The notes under the pieces are model-generated. The model was not told the origin of the DNA and searched no databases. It saw only the letters and a program-made list of their open reading frames with translations. Of a DNA stretch of 64,000 bases, positions 49,325-59,424 are shown piece after piece. This stretch comes from Ostrea edulis. Lineage: Eukaryota. How positions within the stretch are numbered: the stretch's first letter is position 1; every line of letters starts with the position of its first letter. Both the position numbers and the translations under genes were made by a program. The DNA lies in contig NC_079172.1 of the NCBI RefSeq assembly GCF_947568905.1, positions 31,682,001-31,746,000 on the forward strand. Reading direction: 5' to 3'.

Positions 49325-49812
49325 AGAACGTAAGGAAACTTCTTGAAATGAAGTGTTACGGTCACCGGTCCGTCTAAGAATGACACTAAGTTTCCTTCTC
49401 TGTCTGTTATATATATGCCAATCTGCTGCAATTGGCCGATTTTTACTGGAATGTAATACGGTAGTGGGTAAGTGATATTTTCTGGTTTCTTCCCCAGGTA
49501 TATGCGTCTTAGGAGAGGTGCTTCTTTTCCACCAATAAGAGTTTCTTCACAAATATCACAACACACAAACAACTCAGATTCTTTTTTGGATGTAATCCAG
49601 CTTTCTGAGGAAAATTCTGTCAGGGCAACAGTCCAATATCCGTCGAATTGAATCTGTTTATTCAATTGAACTCGATAACAATTTGGTTTATTGTCAAAAT
49701 AATCAGAACTGTCCGTAGACGTCAACACCATCCGAACGCTCATTTTGAATGAACACATCTTGTAGAAATTAGTGACTTTTATTGCTTTTCCAGAGAGCTT
49801 TCTGGAATCCAA
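49321..49812 (-). CDS. mCP: Minor capsid (penton/PX-like single jelly-roll) protein
   Basis: LTSTDSSDYFDNKPNCYRVQL...WTVALTEF, LFVCCDI, PLLRRI and YYIPV motifs. Confidence 0.88.
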   Translation of the reverse strand: MDSRKLSGKAIKVTNFYKMCSFKMSVRMVLTSTDSSDYFDNKPNCYRVQLNKQIQFDGYWTVALTEFSSESWITSKKESELFVCCDICEETLIGGKEAPLLRRIYLGKKPENITYPLPYYIPVKIGQLQQIGIYITDREGNLVSFLDGPVTVTLHFKKFPYVL

Positions 49813-50969
49813 GAATTGAATTTCTTAGGCCATCCTTCCCATTTTACAAATACTTCTTTGGTTTTTCCACGACGCCTCCTTTTAAGAATTTTTTCAACTC
49901 TATAGGCAACATCTTCAGACTTGACAACTTTTTGAAGCTCAGATTGGTAGAAGGTGCCTTCTATAGGATCGTCTGCCAAATCTTGTACTTTGTATACAGG
50001 TATTTGACCCCTTTTGTATCTTTTAACGACTTTGAAAAATTCTTCTGTCCATTTCTGTTGATAGTCTCTTTGAAAAGGGTGTTCAAGCTGTGATATCCTG
50101 ACATTATCTCCAACTTTTAACTTGAAAAATGGTTTTACTCTTTTTTTCATTGTTTTCTTGGATGTATGCTGGTTACCATTCTTTTTTCTCAGATCCGATT
50201 TTGGTTTTGTTCCCGCAAGATAAGCATCGAGTCTTATTTCATCAGCATTTCCCTGGTTGACAGTAAGGGGAGCATTGCCACCCAAAGATCTGTGAGGTCT
50301 GTTGTTGTAACTTTTCACCAAGTCTTGCAACACATTCACAAATCGGTAAGTTTTGTTTTTCATGAAATAGCGATACATAAGGTTCTTCATGGTACGAATC
50401 ACTCTCTCCGCATAATTTGCTTTGGTTTCATTTTGTGTGTATATCACGTTAATTCCTTCTTTTTTCAGAAACGTCTTTACCCAACGATTTTTGAATTCGC
50501 TACCTTTGTCTGTTCTAAGGGTGTGTGGTTTTCGTCCAGTTTGAAAAACTGATTTTAAACCATCGATGATGTTTTGATGATGTTTATTTGTCAAGGGGAC
50601 TATAAATAAATATCGACTAAATATGTCAATTAAAACCAATAAGAATTTGTAACCGTCGTTGTGAGATGCAATATTACTGACGTCGGCTAAGTCACCATCC
50701 CACATAGAGTCGATTGTGTTCACTATTACTTTAGAGCGCGGAAACGTCTTACGAATAGGCTTATAAAGACTATATGAGTCTTCGTTGTTTAAAAATTGTC
50801 TTATTCTCCTTCTGCCAATCTTGTATTTGCCTTCCTGTTTAACGGCTTGATACAATTTTTCGGGACCAGCAAATGCTCCCGGTTTACCGGGAGTGTAGTA
50901 GAGATCCTTCAAGTAATCCGTGTAGTTTGACATACTGCGTTCCAATGATGATCCATCTTTGATTATCAC
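49779..50969 (-). CDS. INT: Retroviral-type (rve) integrase with C-terminal chromodomain
   Basis: DDE motifs WDGDLAD, RTDKGSEF and AERVIRT; chromodomain YRVEKIL...VKWEGWPKKFNSWIP. Confidence 0.97.
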   Translation of the reverse strand: MIIKDGSSLERSMSNYTDYLKDLYYTPGKPGAFAGPEKLYQAVKQEGKYKIGRRRIRQFLNNEDSYSLYKPIRKTFPRSKVIVNTIDSMWDGDLADVSNIASHNDGYKFLLVLIDIFSRYLFIVPLTNKHHQNIIDGLKSVFQTGRKPHTLRTDKGSEFKNRWVKTFLKKEGINVIYTQNETKANYAERVIRTMKNLMYRYFMKNKTYRFVNVLQDLVKSYNNRPHRSLGGNAPLTVNQGNADEIRLDAYLAGTKPKSDLRKKNGNQHTSKKTMKKRVKPFFKLKVGDNVRISQLEHPFQRDYQQKWTEEFFKVVKRYKRGQIPVYKVQDLADDPIEGTFYQSELQKVVKSEDVAYRVEKILKRRRRGKTKEVFVKWEGWPKKFNSWIPESSLEKQ

Positions 50970-51110
50970 CTTTTATATTCAAGTAACAAACCAATTAAGA
51001 CAGGCAACTAATTACTATTCATTTTTATTAGATTTCGAATGAAAAACAAACATGTGTATATATAATTATTCTCATCATTAATTTTGAATTCAGTGTTCAT
51101 GGTCATTAGG

Positions 51111-52106
51111 TCAATCAAGATCACTCTCAATCGATTTCACGTCCTGTAAATCTCCCACATTGCATTCCTTGGACATATTGTCTTGGGCATCGTAACCGAA
51201 CGGGGTACATTCGGGACAGTCTAACATTCCAAGTTGATTTTGATGAGATTCGCTGAACATACAGAGTTCGGTGTCTTTGAACTCTGGAACAGATTCATGC
51301 ATTTCTTCAAGGGCATCTCTAAGTCTGGCTAGTTTGTTTCCGTTCAAAGTGACACCCTTCTTTGTCGGTATGGGTTCTGGGGCATCGTCGGGCTTCCAAA
51401 AGTGTCTTATATCCACTGTAGGGTAGCCAGGTGACAATGAGACGAACACGCCTCCGCCAATATGCCACTGCACTTCTCCATTCTCCTTTCCAATGTTGTC
51501 TATGTAGTCTTGGATATCTGGAAGAAGGGATTCAAATTTTAACCAACGAGCCAAAGGAAAGGTGACTCCTTTCTTTGTGGCAATGAGACGACCATGGGAT
51601 TCTGCGAGATGGCGAATGTGAACGTAAACCGTTCCCTTGTAAGGCATGACGGTGAGGAACAGGTCATTAAAGTCATCCAGACTTATCCTACATCTTGGCT
51701 CCTGAGACTGAGGGTGTGTAGCTTTCTTTGATTGGTTTCCGGAATCTCCTCTTTCTTTGGTAGGAATGACTAAAGATCTTGCCATAGCTAATTTCTTTTC
51801 GTATTCAGACTTCGTATCATCGTCATTATTCATCAAGAGTCTCGATAAATCAGCTTGATTGGCTTTCATTAAGGCCATTCGGAATCCCACAAAAGCCCTC
51901 GATCCTCGACGTAAAATGATACTAATCAGTTTTCTGCTTTGGTCGTAACTGGTTTTCTCGGCTTCTATGCGTTGCCTCATTTCGTCGGTAATTATGTTTG
52001 AAGCATACAAATGTTCCGCGACTCGAATTGCCATCATCTTCTTCACCAATATAGTGTAGTTTGCCTTAATAAGGTTTTGATGTTTATCCTCCATCTCTGT
52101 CCACAT
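51111..52106 (-). CDS. CARD/death-fold - PC4 - PC4 fusion with C-terminal Cys/His motif (ATG at 52106 or 52094)
   Basis: N-terminal LIKANYTILVKKM...HLYASNIITDEMRQRI...QSRKLISII.RRG.RAF..F..AL...Q.DL..LL is CARD-like. Two PC4 signatures follow: VYVHIRH...TKKGVTF..ARW and TVDIRHFW...TKKGVTLN. Confidence 0.85.
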   Translation of the reverse strand: MWTEMEDKHQNLIKANYTILVKKMMAIRVAEHLYASNIITDEMRQRIEAEKTSYDQSRKLISIILRRGSRAFVGFRMALMKANQADLSRLLMNNDDDTKSEYEKKLAMARSLVIPTKERGDSGNQSKKATHPQSQEPRCRISLDDFNDLFLTVMPYKGTVYVHIRHLAESHGRLIATKKGVTFPLARWLKFESLLPDIQDYIDNIGKENGEVQWHIGGGVFVSLSPGYPTVDIRHFWKPDDAPEPIPTKKGVTLNGNKLARLRDALEEMHESVPEFKDTELCMFSESHQNQLGMLDCPECTPFGYDAQDNMSKECNVGDLQDVKSIESDLD

Positions 52107-52223
52107 CAAAACTCTCACAATAAAAAAAATGAAGTTAACCCGTATCCTCTCTGAGACTTGTTCAGGACTGGTGAAAATCATTCAAATCGATCAAATTTAT
52201 ACATCATTTAATCACGTGGTTCG

Positions 52224-52432
52224 TGACTGTAGACTTCGCCTTGACTGTAGACTCCCCTCTGACTGTAGACTCCCCTTTGGCTATATACTCCCCTTTGGCT
52301 ATATACTCCCCCATGACATCAGTGACTGTAGACTACCCTCTGACTGTAGACTACCCTCTGACTGTATACTACCCCACGACGTCAGTGACTGTAGACTTCA
52401 ATTTGACTGTAGAAAACACTGGCTGTAGATTT
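52224..52432 (-). repeat. Internal array of the same 18-bp iterons as the Maverick TIRs, with TGACATCA/CGACGTCA spacers
   Basis: TGACTGTA(G/T)ACT(C/A)CCCYY units, in the same orientation as the right TIR; a TATAAAT on the - strand follows at ~52195-52201. Confidence 0.9.
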
Positions 52433-52437
52433 TGACA

Positions 52438-52662
52438 TTACAGATCTTTAACATTATGGGTTTCCAAGTTTTGTGTATGAAATTGAGTACGCATTATTTG
52501 TACATTTTTCTCCAGTATAGGATTTAAAACTTTTGATGCATGATGTATTCTTCTTTGAAAACGATATCTGTCCAAAGCCATGGTCATCCATTCCCCCTTT
52601 CGATCTTCATAGGGAATATAGATAATCGTTTTCTTGTCTGAAAATGTCACAGTCTTGCCCAT
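52438..52662 (-). CDS. GADD34/ICP34.5/DP71L-like PP1 regulatory subunit mimic (74 aa from the ATG at 52662)
   Basis: RVxF-type KTVTF followed by RKGEWMTMALDRYRFQRRI..ASKVLNPIL, matching the PPP1R15 C-terminal (RxGxW..xA.DR.RF.RRI) signature. Confidence 0.9.
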   Translation of the reverse strand: MGKTVTFSDKKTIIYIPYEDRKGEWMTMALDRYRFQRRIHHASKVLNPILEKNVQIMRTQFHTQNLETHNVKDL

Positions 52663-52705
52663 AGTTTCAAGCTTTGACAATTCAACATTTTATTCATGCA
52701 TCACT

Positions 52706-53146
52706 TTATATACGATTCTGTGCTTTTAAAATAGATTCATCCATATGATCGACAGATGTTTTAAGGTACTGCCACTGTGTTTTACTCAAGGTAATTCCTT
52801 TGTTCCCCGGTTTTCCAGCATGAAATCGTCGTATGTCAATCTGTATGGTGTCGTTGATGCATATCATGGCATATACTTCGTTCGAGAGTGGGTACCGATC
52901 CACGTATGAACATGTTTTAATAACATCTTTTTCCAAAGTAGGGCGTAAAACACAGTCTACCTGATTAGGTTTTTTCTTCTCGTGTAAAACACTGACAGCG
53001 ATGCACAAAGAAATAATAAGAACAACTGCAAAAAAGCTAGGTACTACAATCCCGATTTTTTTCTTCAACTTCTCTTTTAACATCCCTTTGCAATCATTTC
53101 CACAATCACTTGTTAGAAGTTCCATCATTACCACTTGTTCAGCCAT
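52706..53146 (-). CDS. Protein with a predicted transmembrane helix plus a PC4-like domain
   Basis: Hydrophobic IGIVVPSFFAVVLIISLCIAVSVL followed by IQIDIRRF...KGITLSKTQW. Confidence 0.8.
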   Translation of the reverse strand: MAEQVVMMELLTSDCGNDCKGMLKEKLKKKIGIVVPSFFAVVLIISLCIAVSVLHEKKKPNQVDCVLRPTLEKDVIKTCSYVDRYPLSNEVYAMICINDTIQIDIRRFHAGKPGNKGITLSKTQWQYLKTSVDHMDESILKAQNRI

Positions 53147-53243
53147 CTTTGATCAAAATGATTTTGCTAAACCACCGTATTCCCATTTATATATATACAT
53201 AACGTATGACCTCTGTGGGCGGGGTTTTCAATACCCTATGATG

Positions 53244-53549
53244 TCATCTTGAACTGTAAAAATCCGATTCTCTCAAGGTCTGTGGAAAGTATTTTTTCGG
53301 CATAATTCTACGTTTCAATATGTATTCTTCAGATCCCCAGCTGTCTGCAATGTCATAACCATTTCTCATTTTTTCCTTAAAATCAACAATGCAATCTTCT
53401 TTTCTGTCAAACCATTGACTTTCTTGTAAAGTCCATTTCTTTTCATTTTTTCTTAAAGCACTCCAGGCCAAAATTTTCCATTTGTACTGCTTTTCCTGAG
53501 TTGCCATCGTTATGCCAACGCAACTGAGATTTACAGGGTATTTATTCAT
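53244..53549 (-). CDS. Hypothetical Maverick terminal ORF (101 aa)
   Basis: ATG start and open frame next to the right TIR; no family recognised. Confidence 0.6.
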   Translation of the reverse strand: MNKYPVNLSCVGITMATQEKQYKWKILAWSALRKNEKKWTLQESQWFDRKEDCIVDFKEKMRNGYDIADSWGSEEYILKRRIMPKKYFPQTLRESDFYSSR

Positions 53550-53584
53550 ATTTTTAAAAAAGACTCCCTTATGACGTAAGTGAG

Positions 53585-53819
53585 ACTACCTCTTGACTGT
53601 AGACTTCCCCTTGACTGTATACTCCCCTTTGACTGTGGACTCCCCCTCTGACTGTATACTCCCCTTTGACTGTATACTCCCCCTTGACTGTATACTCCCC
53701 CTTGACTGTATACTCCCCCTTGACTGTGTACTCACCCCTGACCTCAATGACCTATGTGGGGAAAAACCCATGACGTCATCTTGACTGTATACTGACTGTG
53801 TACTGTCCCCCTTACTACT
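53585..53819 (-). repeat. Maverick right TIR
   Basis: Inverted match to 33211-33445; TGACGTCA at 53771-53778. Confidence 0.95.
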
Positions 53820-54793
53820 TACGTCGCTTTTTTGTGTAGAAATCGGGCCTGACTTTCGAGAAATCCAAGCCTGTATTAAATATCATCATAAATACAATTT
53901 CAATTTTCATAGAAATATGTCCAAAAAGAATACAATATTTATTTTTTGTTTAATTCGGTACCTTCAGAGTTATCGCCCCTGTCCCCAAGCAGAGATTCAC
54001 TTTGAACCCACTGGAAGCTTCACGGTAGCCCTCAGAGCCTGCATTTTACAACGCCACCCCCTCCGTTGATAAACTTCTGGATCCCCCAATGCCTGGTGAA
54101 TGTGGTTTCTAATCTATTCAGTCGCTTCTTACGACCGCGACAATCAAAGTGCCTGATTATCATACCCAAAGGTTTCTTTTCTTTCAAAAAGATGACAAAC
54201 ACTGATTATAATGTGTTAACTTTCTAAATGAAGAGAAATCTATCAAGAAAAAGCCCCAAACTCTGCACTTTTTCGAGACAAAAAATATGAATAATGATAA
54301 TAGAAAAAATGAAACCACCTAGGGAATTTTTGCTTTATAGTTAGTTGCGCCAGTGATGTGCTTGAAAATGTTTTTTATCTCTTGCGAATAAACAGAACAC
54401 ATGGTAGATAATATATCAGAATGAACATCCGTGTTTACCGTGTAACTTATATAATTTAATTCATGTATATCAGGAAAAGGTTTATATACATAATTTTTAA
54501 AAAAAGTTTAAATTTGAATTAATTGAAGAATAGATGTCTCGTTTGAATGTTTTAAGGGGGTATAAATACAATGGAAACATGGACAGCTGGGTGATTAATG
54601 TCGATATTCCCGTGAGATAAACATACAAAAAATGTCTTGCTTTTTACTGTATTTTGTGACAAGCCTTTTCATGAGTCTGAATTTTATGTACAGATGAAAG
54701 ATCCGTCACAATGACTTATATATATTCATTTATTACATGAAAAAAAAAAAAAAAAATACTGGCAACGCATAATGTCAATATTTTGTGAGAATG

Positions 54794-54941
54794 CAGTAAA
54801 ACACTGTTATAGAGAACCTCCAGGGCCAGCGAAAAACAGATCGTCATATCCCATGACTTTTCTCTCTCGCTATTTTCCTGTCATAAGGGAATAAATATCA
54901 CTTCGCAATAAGCATGAATTCGTTATAAGCGTGTTTTACTG
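54794..54941. mobile_element. MITE with CAGTAAAACAC...GTGTTTTACTG TIRs (Tc1/pogo-like)
   Basis: Perfect 11-bp TIR; TA on the right flank, TG on the left. Confidence 0.7.
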
Positions 54942-55473
54942 TAACTGTATGATGCACTAATGATCTGTCAGCACGAAATCTTCTTATCTGCTACACCTTT
55001 GTTTATTCTTCCATTCCGCGAGATGCTGCAGTGAACAGAAAAGCTTTTTTCTCCTTCTAGTTTGGTTTCTAAACTTTTTATTATGAAAATACAAATCTAA
55101 ATACTACACATCATATTTCATGAAATGAAAAAAAAAAAATACAAAAAACCCCCAAAAAACACTCAATAAAAATAAACAAAGAAATACTAGTAGTCACCTT
55201 TCCGCTTGATAGAATGTTCTCCGGCAACAATGAAATACCTTTTTCATTTTGATCATCTAAATACATATGTATGTACCTTTCACACACGCACACACACACT
55301 TGTCAATTTTTTTTTTGCACATTTCTTACATACACGCTAGTTAATTGACGGAGTAAAATTGGTCCTGGTCTTCATATAAAAACATCAAGGTTTAGAACAA
55401 TATATGATAAATACATATAACAAAAAGATTGTTCATATCAATAGTTATTGTTATCAATTGACCGTCCATATTC

Positions 55474-58400
55474 CTATTGTTTTGCAGATACATTTGGCTG
55501 TCCGTACGCGGCCGGTTGTCCGTAACCTTGCGGTTGTCCGTAGCCAGGTTGTCCATAAGCTGCCGGTTGTCCATACCCAGGTTGAGTTGTTGTCTGGGGA
55601 CTCATTACCACACCTTGTGTCTGTTGTTTCTTTTCTGATGGAAATAAAATTTTAAGAACTTATGCAATCTAATAACGCCATAGATAAACAATCATATTTT
55701 TCTAGAGTCTGAACAATTTGTTTAAAAAATAAGATGAAATCCATACACGTGATTCTAGATATAATATGACGGATACACAGAATTCTGGTGCATTCATGAA
55801 TTCATGATAGCTTTACTAGAGCTATATTATACCGCAAATTATGGCGTCCCGACAGGATCATGTCGCAAATTCAATTATAACGCGTTGTAAATAGCACACC
55901 CTCGTGCTAACTCAACTTCATACAAAGCGCCATTGTGCTGTCAGAGAACATGCCGATGTGCGAACACCATTTTACACAACGCGTCATTGCGTGAACTCAA
56001 CACACCGTCGGTGTTTGTCCAAAGTTGTGGCTGCACGAGGGTGCGATATGTAGAATAAACGCGACAATGTGCTCAGCAACAGCGCGACGACGTGTTTTGT
56101 TACAGCGCGTCAAATTCTGTAACGGCACGAGGGCGTGTTCTGTAACAGCAATACGGTCGTTCCGTGCGCTACTCACACTATACCTCTGTCAACGCTTAAT
56201 TTACAGAAATTTTGTAAAAGTTTATAATATCCAGAATATACATGCATGTTTAAGACTAAATATGTAGTCGTGTTGTGAAATGCTTTAGGTGCAATTGAAT
56301 TTATGGTTACTGTAAATTGTTTAAAATCTATCCTAAATTTGGAACTACTTCGTAACATGCGTATGAATTTAGGACATTCACGTGGTGGATATGTAATGTA
56401 AAAATGGGATCAAAAGTAAGAAAGGCTGTAAAAATACGACAAAACTTGCAAAATAAGAGACAAACAGCAAAATGGTAAAACTGTACTTATCAAAGTGCTA
56501 GTGGGCTATGGAAAGAGCCTGATATATTGCTTGTTGCCAGAAAGGAACCGAGAATGACTGTTTATATAATGTGATTATATTGTCACGTGATTCCAAGCGT
56601 TGACAGAGATGTTTAGGTGAAGCTTGCGTAATGCGCCCTCTGGTGAGGAAATGCGATAGGGCGTGTTGGTGACACCACGTGGTGTAAAGTTGTATTAGCG
56701 CAGGAGCTAGTCTAGTCTCGTGCAACCAGACGCTCGGCTGTCTCCGTAAATATACGACGAGCAGAGATCGTACTGGCTAGCTTAAGAGCTAGTTATTGTG
56801 GTTGATTTGTGCCATTTTTCAATGCGTTGGTTTCTCTCTTGCTATTTTGAGACAAAAAGTATGTTATCATTTTGTAGGTTTTTGTTTTTTTTTTTATTTC
56901 GGAAAGAGAAGTTGCTAAATATGGTTTGTTGTTTTCCCCTTGAAATAACCCCCCAAAAAATGAAGAAAAAAATGTAAAATGGCACAAATCAGCCACCATA
57001 CCTAGCCCACAGGCTAACCGCGCAGCCCACAGGTAGACTCACGATAATAACTGTGCTCGTCGGAGATTTGCAGAGACAGTCGAACGTCTGGTTCAACGAG
57101 CTAACTACGCAGCAGCATGTACTATAAATAAGCTGTATCGAACACTTAGGGTACGAGACTGCCAGTCTGTTTCATTTGGCACAGGCACCGTCCCTTGGTA
57201 CCCTCTGTGTTTGTGATACCATTTTATAATATTGTTTTACTTTACTTCCCATATAGCACACTTGTTGTACAGCACATTTTCAATCAGGATTGTGATGATA
57301 ATTCAATACCTATGTCAACGTAGACACCCTTTTAAAACATGAGTATATGGTACACGTGTATATTGTATCATGTTGTTATAATGTTTGCTTGTTAAAATTG
57401 CATATGCCCCCTGAGGGCCCTTAATTGATGAATAAAAGACATATCATAGTATTGTTCTGAGAAAGCGCAACGGCACAAAGTGTACAACTCAATTCCACTA
57501 CTCCCAAACAATTCTCCATTTCCACACTCTGTATTTATGTCATCGTCGCTAGCGAAGTTGTTACGAAGGTTGAGATGCCTGTTTAAGATCATTATCTAGA
57601 CAAGTAGTTAAATCTATGATTTTTAAACAATGAGACCACATCGATACCATGAAAACTAACATATAGACTCAGTGGCGGATTTAACCCCCCCCCCCCTCCC
57701 CGTAAAACTTTCAAATTTAAGATAAATCGTGGTATCTTGTTTCAAAAAATGAACTAAACGAAGCAAAGAAGCAAGAAATTCTTCCACTTCCGGAGAAATA
57801 AATGATAAAATCTTTTGATTTCTTGAATTACTTTATTGGGAGAACTTATTTTTTCCAAAAACCCTAACAATTTGCGTCATTTTATTAATTTCATCTTATA
57901 AAAATGATAGAAAATAGTACAAATGCCTAAATAGGAGACATATTTAAAGCTCTATAAAATATGTAAAATCCAGACCCCCTGTCTCTTAAAGTGGCGCCCC
58001 CGTAACCGCAATTCCTGGATCCGCCCCTGAAGACATCTGATAATCGGCAGACGCACATGGAGCAGGAAACCCCCCACATTGACCGAATTCTCTACCTTTG
58101 TAACAAATCTGTTGCGCATTCAATTGTGAAAATCAACGGCTTTAATGAATGAAATACACATGTACTATTTTGCGAAAATCCTAATTTTGAATAAGATGGT
58201 GTCACTCTTTTGTTAATGTATCGAACAAGGGACATGTTCATTTCACTCTAAAAAGTTTTACTGACTGAATCCTGAAATTCTACTTACTATAACACACACA
58301 GCAAACAACGACACAAACGATGAGGACGACCAGGCCGACGATGGGACCGACGATAACTCTGAAATGAAAGACATCATTCAGTATGAAAAGATGAATTCTG

Positions 58401-58781
58401 GTAAATTCACTCAGGTCTAGATTCAGGTTCGTAGAAATCCAAATTCAAAATGGGGCGGGGAAGGAGGAGCAAAATGCACTTCTTTAAATTTACACCGATT
58501 TTCAATTTCAAAATTGGGAGGGGGTATGCATTCAAAACATAATATTCCTACAATTTTTAAAGAATTTCTATGTGAAAGAAAAAAACTTTTAATGAGGGCG
58601 GCTAACTCCTAATCCTACTGACCTGATATTTATTTAATGAATTCATACCCGATACTTAGGCAGGTTGATGATCCGGTACAGATGTACCCGGAAGGACAAC
58701 ACCAGATAGTTCCGGAACAGCAGTGGTAGAAAGAGAGAGGACAGTCACTGTCACTGTCACACGTTCCATCCGGGTTCAGCG
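55474..58781 (-). CDS. Small Cys-rich single-pass membrane protein, copy 2 (paralogue of 406-1526); 5' exon not identified. Exons 58649-58781, 58288-58358, 55474-55634
   Basis: Same exon lengths (133, 71) and phases as copy 1. Tail [14 protein letters not shown]...(YGQP)n...SAKQ*. Confidence 0.85.
56713..57103. mobile_element. Small inverted-repeat element (TAGTCTCGTGCAACCAGACG...CGTCTGGTTCAACGAGCTA)
   Basis: Imperfect ~55-bp inverted termini inside an intron of copy 2. Confidence 0.6.
57670..58029. mobile_element. CAGTGGCGGAT...GGATCCGCCCCTG non-autonomous TIR element
   Basis: TIRs and internal homology with 27758-28163 (AAGGTAAATCGTGGTATCTTGTTT, ATAAATGA.AAAATCTTTTGATTT). Confidence 0.75.
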
Positions 58782-59289
58782 CTGAAAGAGAAGAAACAAA
58801 TAAAACGCAAATCTTTGGGTCCTTCCGGCAAGCTCGGGAAAGGCGCCTCGAATGTTTTACGTTCCCCGGAAGTACGAAATTAGTACAAAATGGGATAGTT
58901 AACATTTCATTTAGGTTTACTCCTGGTATGTAACATCATTACTAGCAAATATATACTGGGAAAATGATAATAAATGATTTTATACAGTTGTAAAAATGGG
59001 GGAGGGGGGTTACTGTAATACAATTGTGGTAAAGTTGTTTTTCCGCTTGCCGGAAAGGCCCGAGAATTTTTCCGCTTGTCGAAAAGGTCCGAGAATGAAG
59101 TATCCCCTTCTCCGTGATTTTCACGGACATTATTAGAGTGTGCATGCATTATAACTATAGAATTGTTCACTATTTAAATAATTCATAAATAAATCCTGAT
59201 ACCATCCCCACAAAGAACCCAATAACGTAGATAGCGCACGTTTAGTGACATGACATTCAAAGGAAATATCTATATTCAGACTTGAGAAC

Positions 59290-59343
<54 letters not shown>

Positions 59344-59424
59344 CACACACAACCATCTATTTGGTCTTGTACAATATTTTCTGTGTAGGTATTCTTTTCT
59401 TATACTGGATAAAGCACTGTGCAC

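Larger units (their letters stand above)
33211..53819. mobile_element. Complete Maverick/Polinton (endogenous polintovirus), 20,609 bp
   Basis: Termini AGTAGT...ACTACT, ~235-bp TIRs, 6-bp TSD TACGTC (33205-33210 and 53820-53825), and the full core gene set. Confidence 0.97.
33187..54091. mobile_element. Small CAGTGGCGGATCC-type TIR element split by the Maverick insertion (parts 33187-33210 and 53820-54091)
   Basis: CAGTGGCGGATCC lies just left of the Maverick TSD and GGATCCCCCAATG lies ~270 bp right of it. Confidence 0.6.

Noticed and set aside
58860-59100. STAT/GAS-like TT(N5)AA and GGAA motifs near copy 2 (also ~6540-6570)
   Set aside because: Short motifs expected by chance, the promoter position is unknown, and the shared TGCCGGAAAGGCCCGA word may belong to a repeat.
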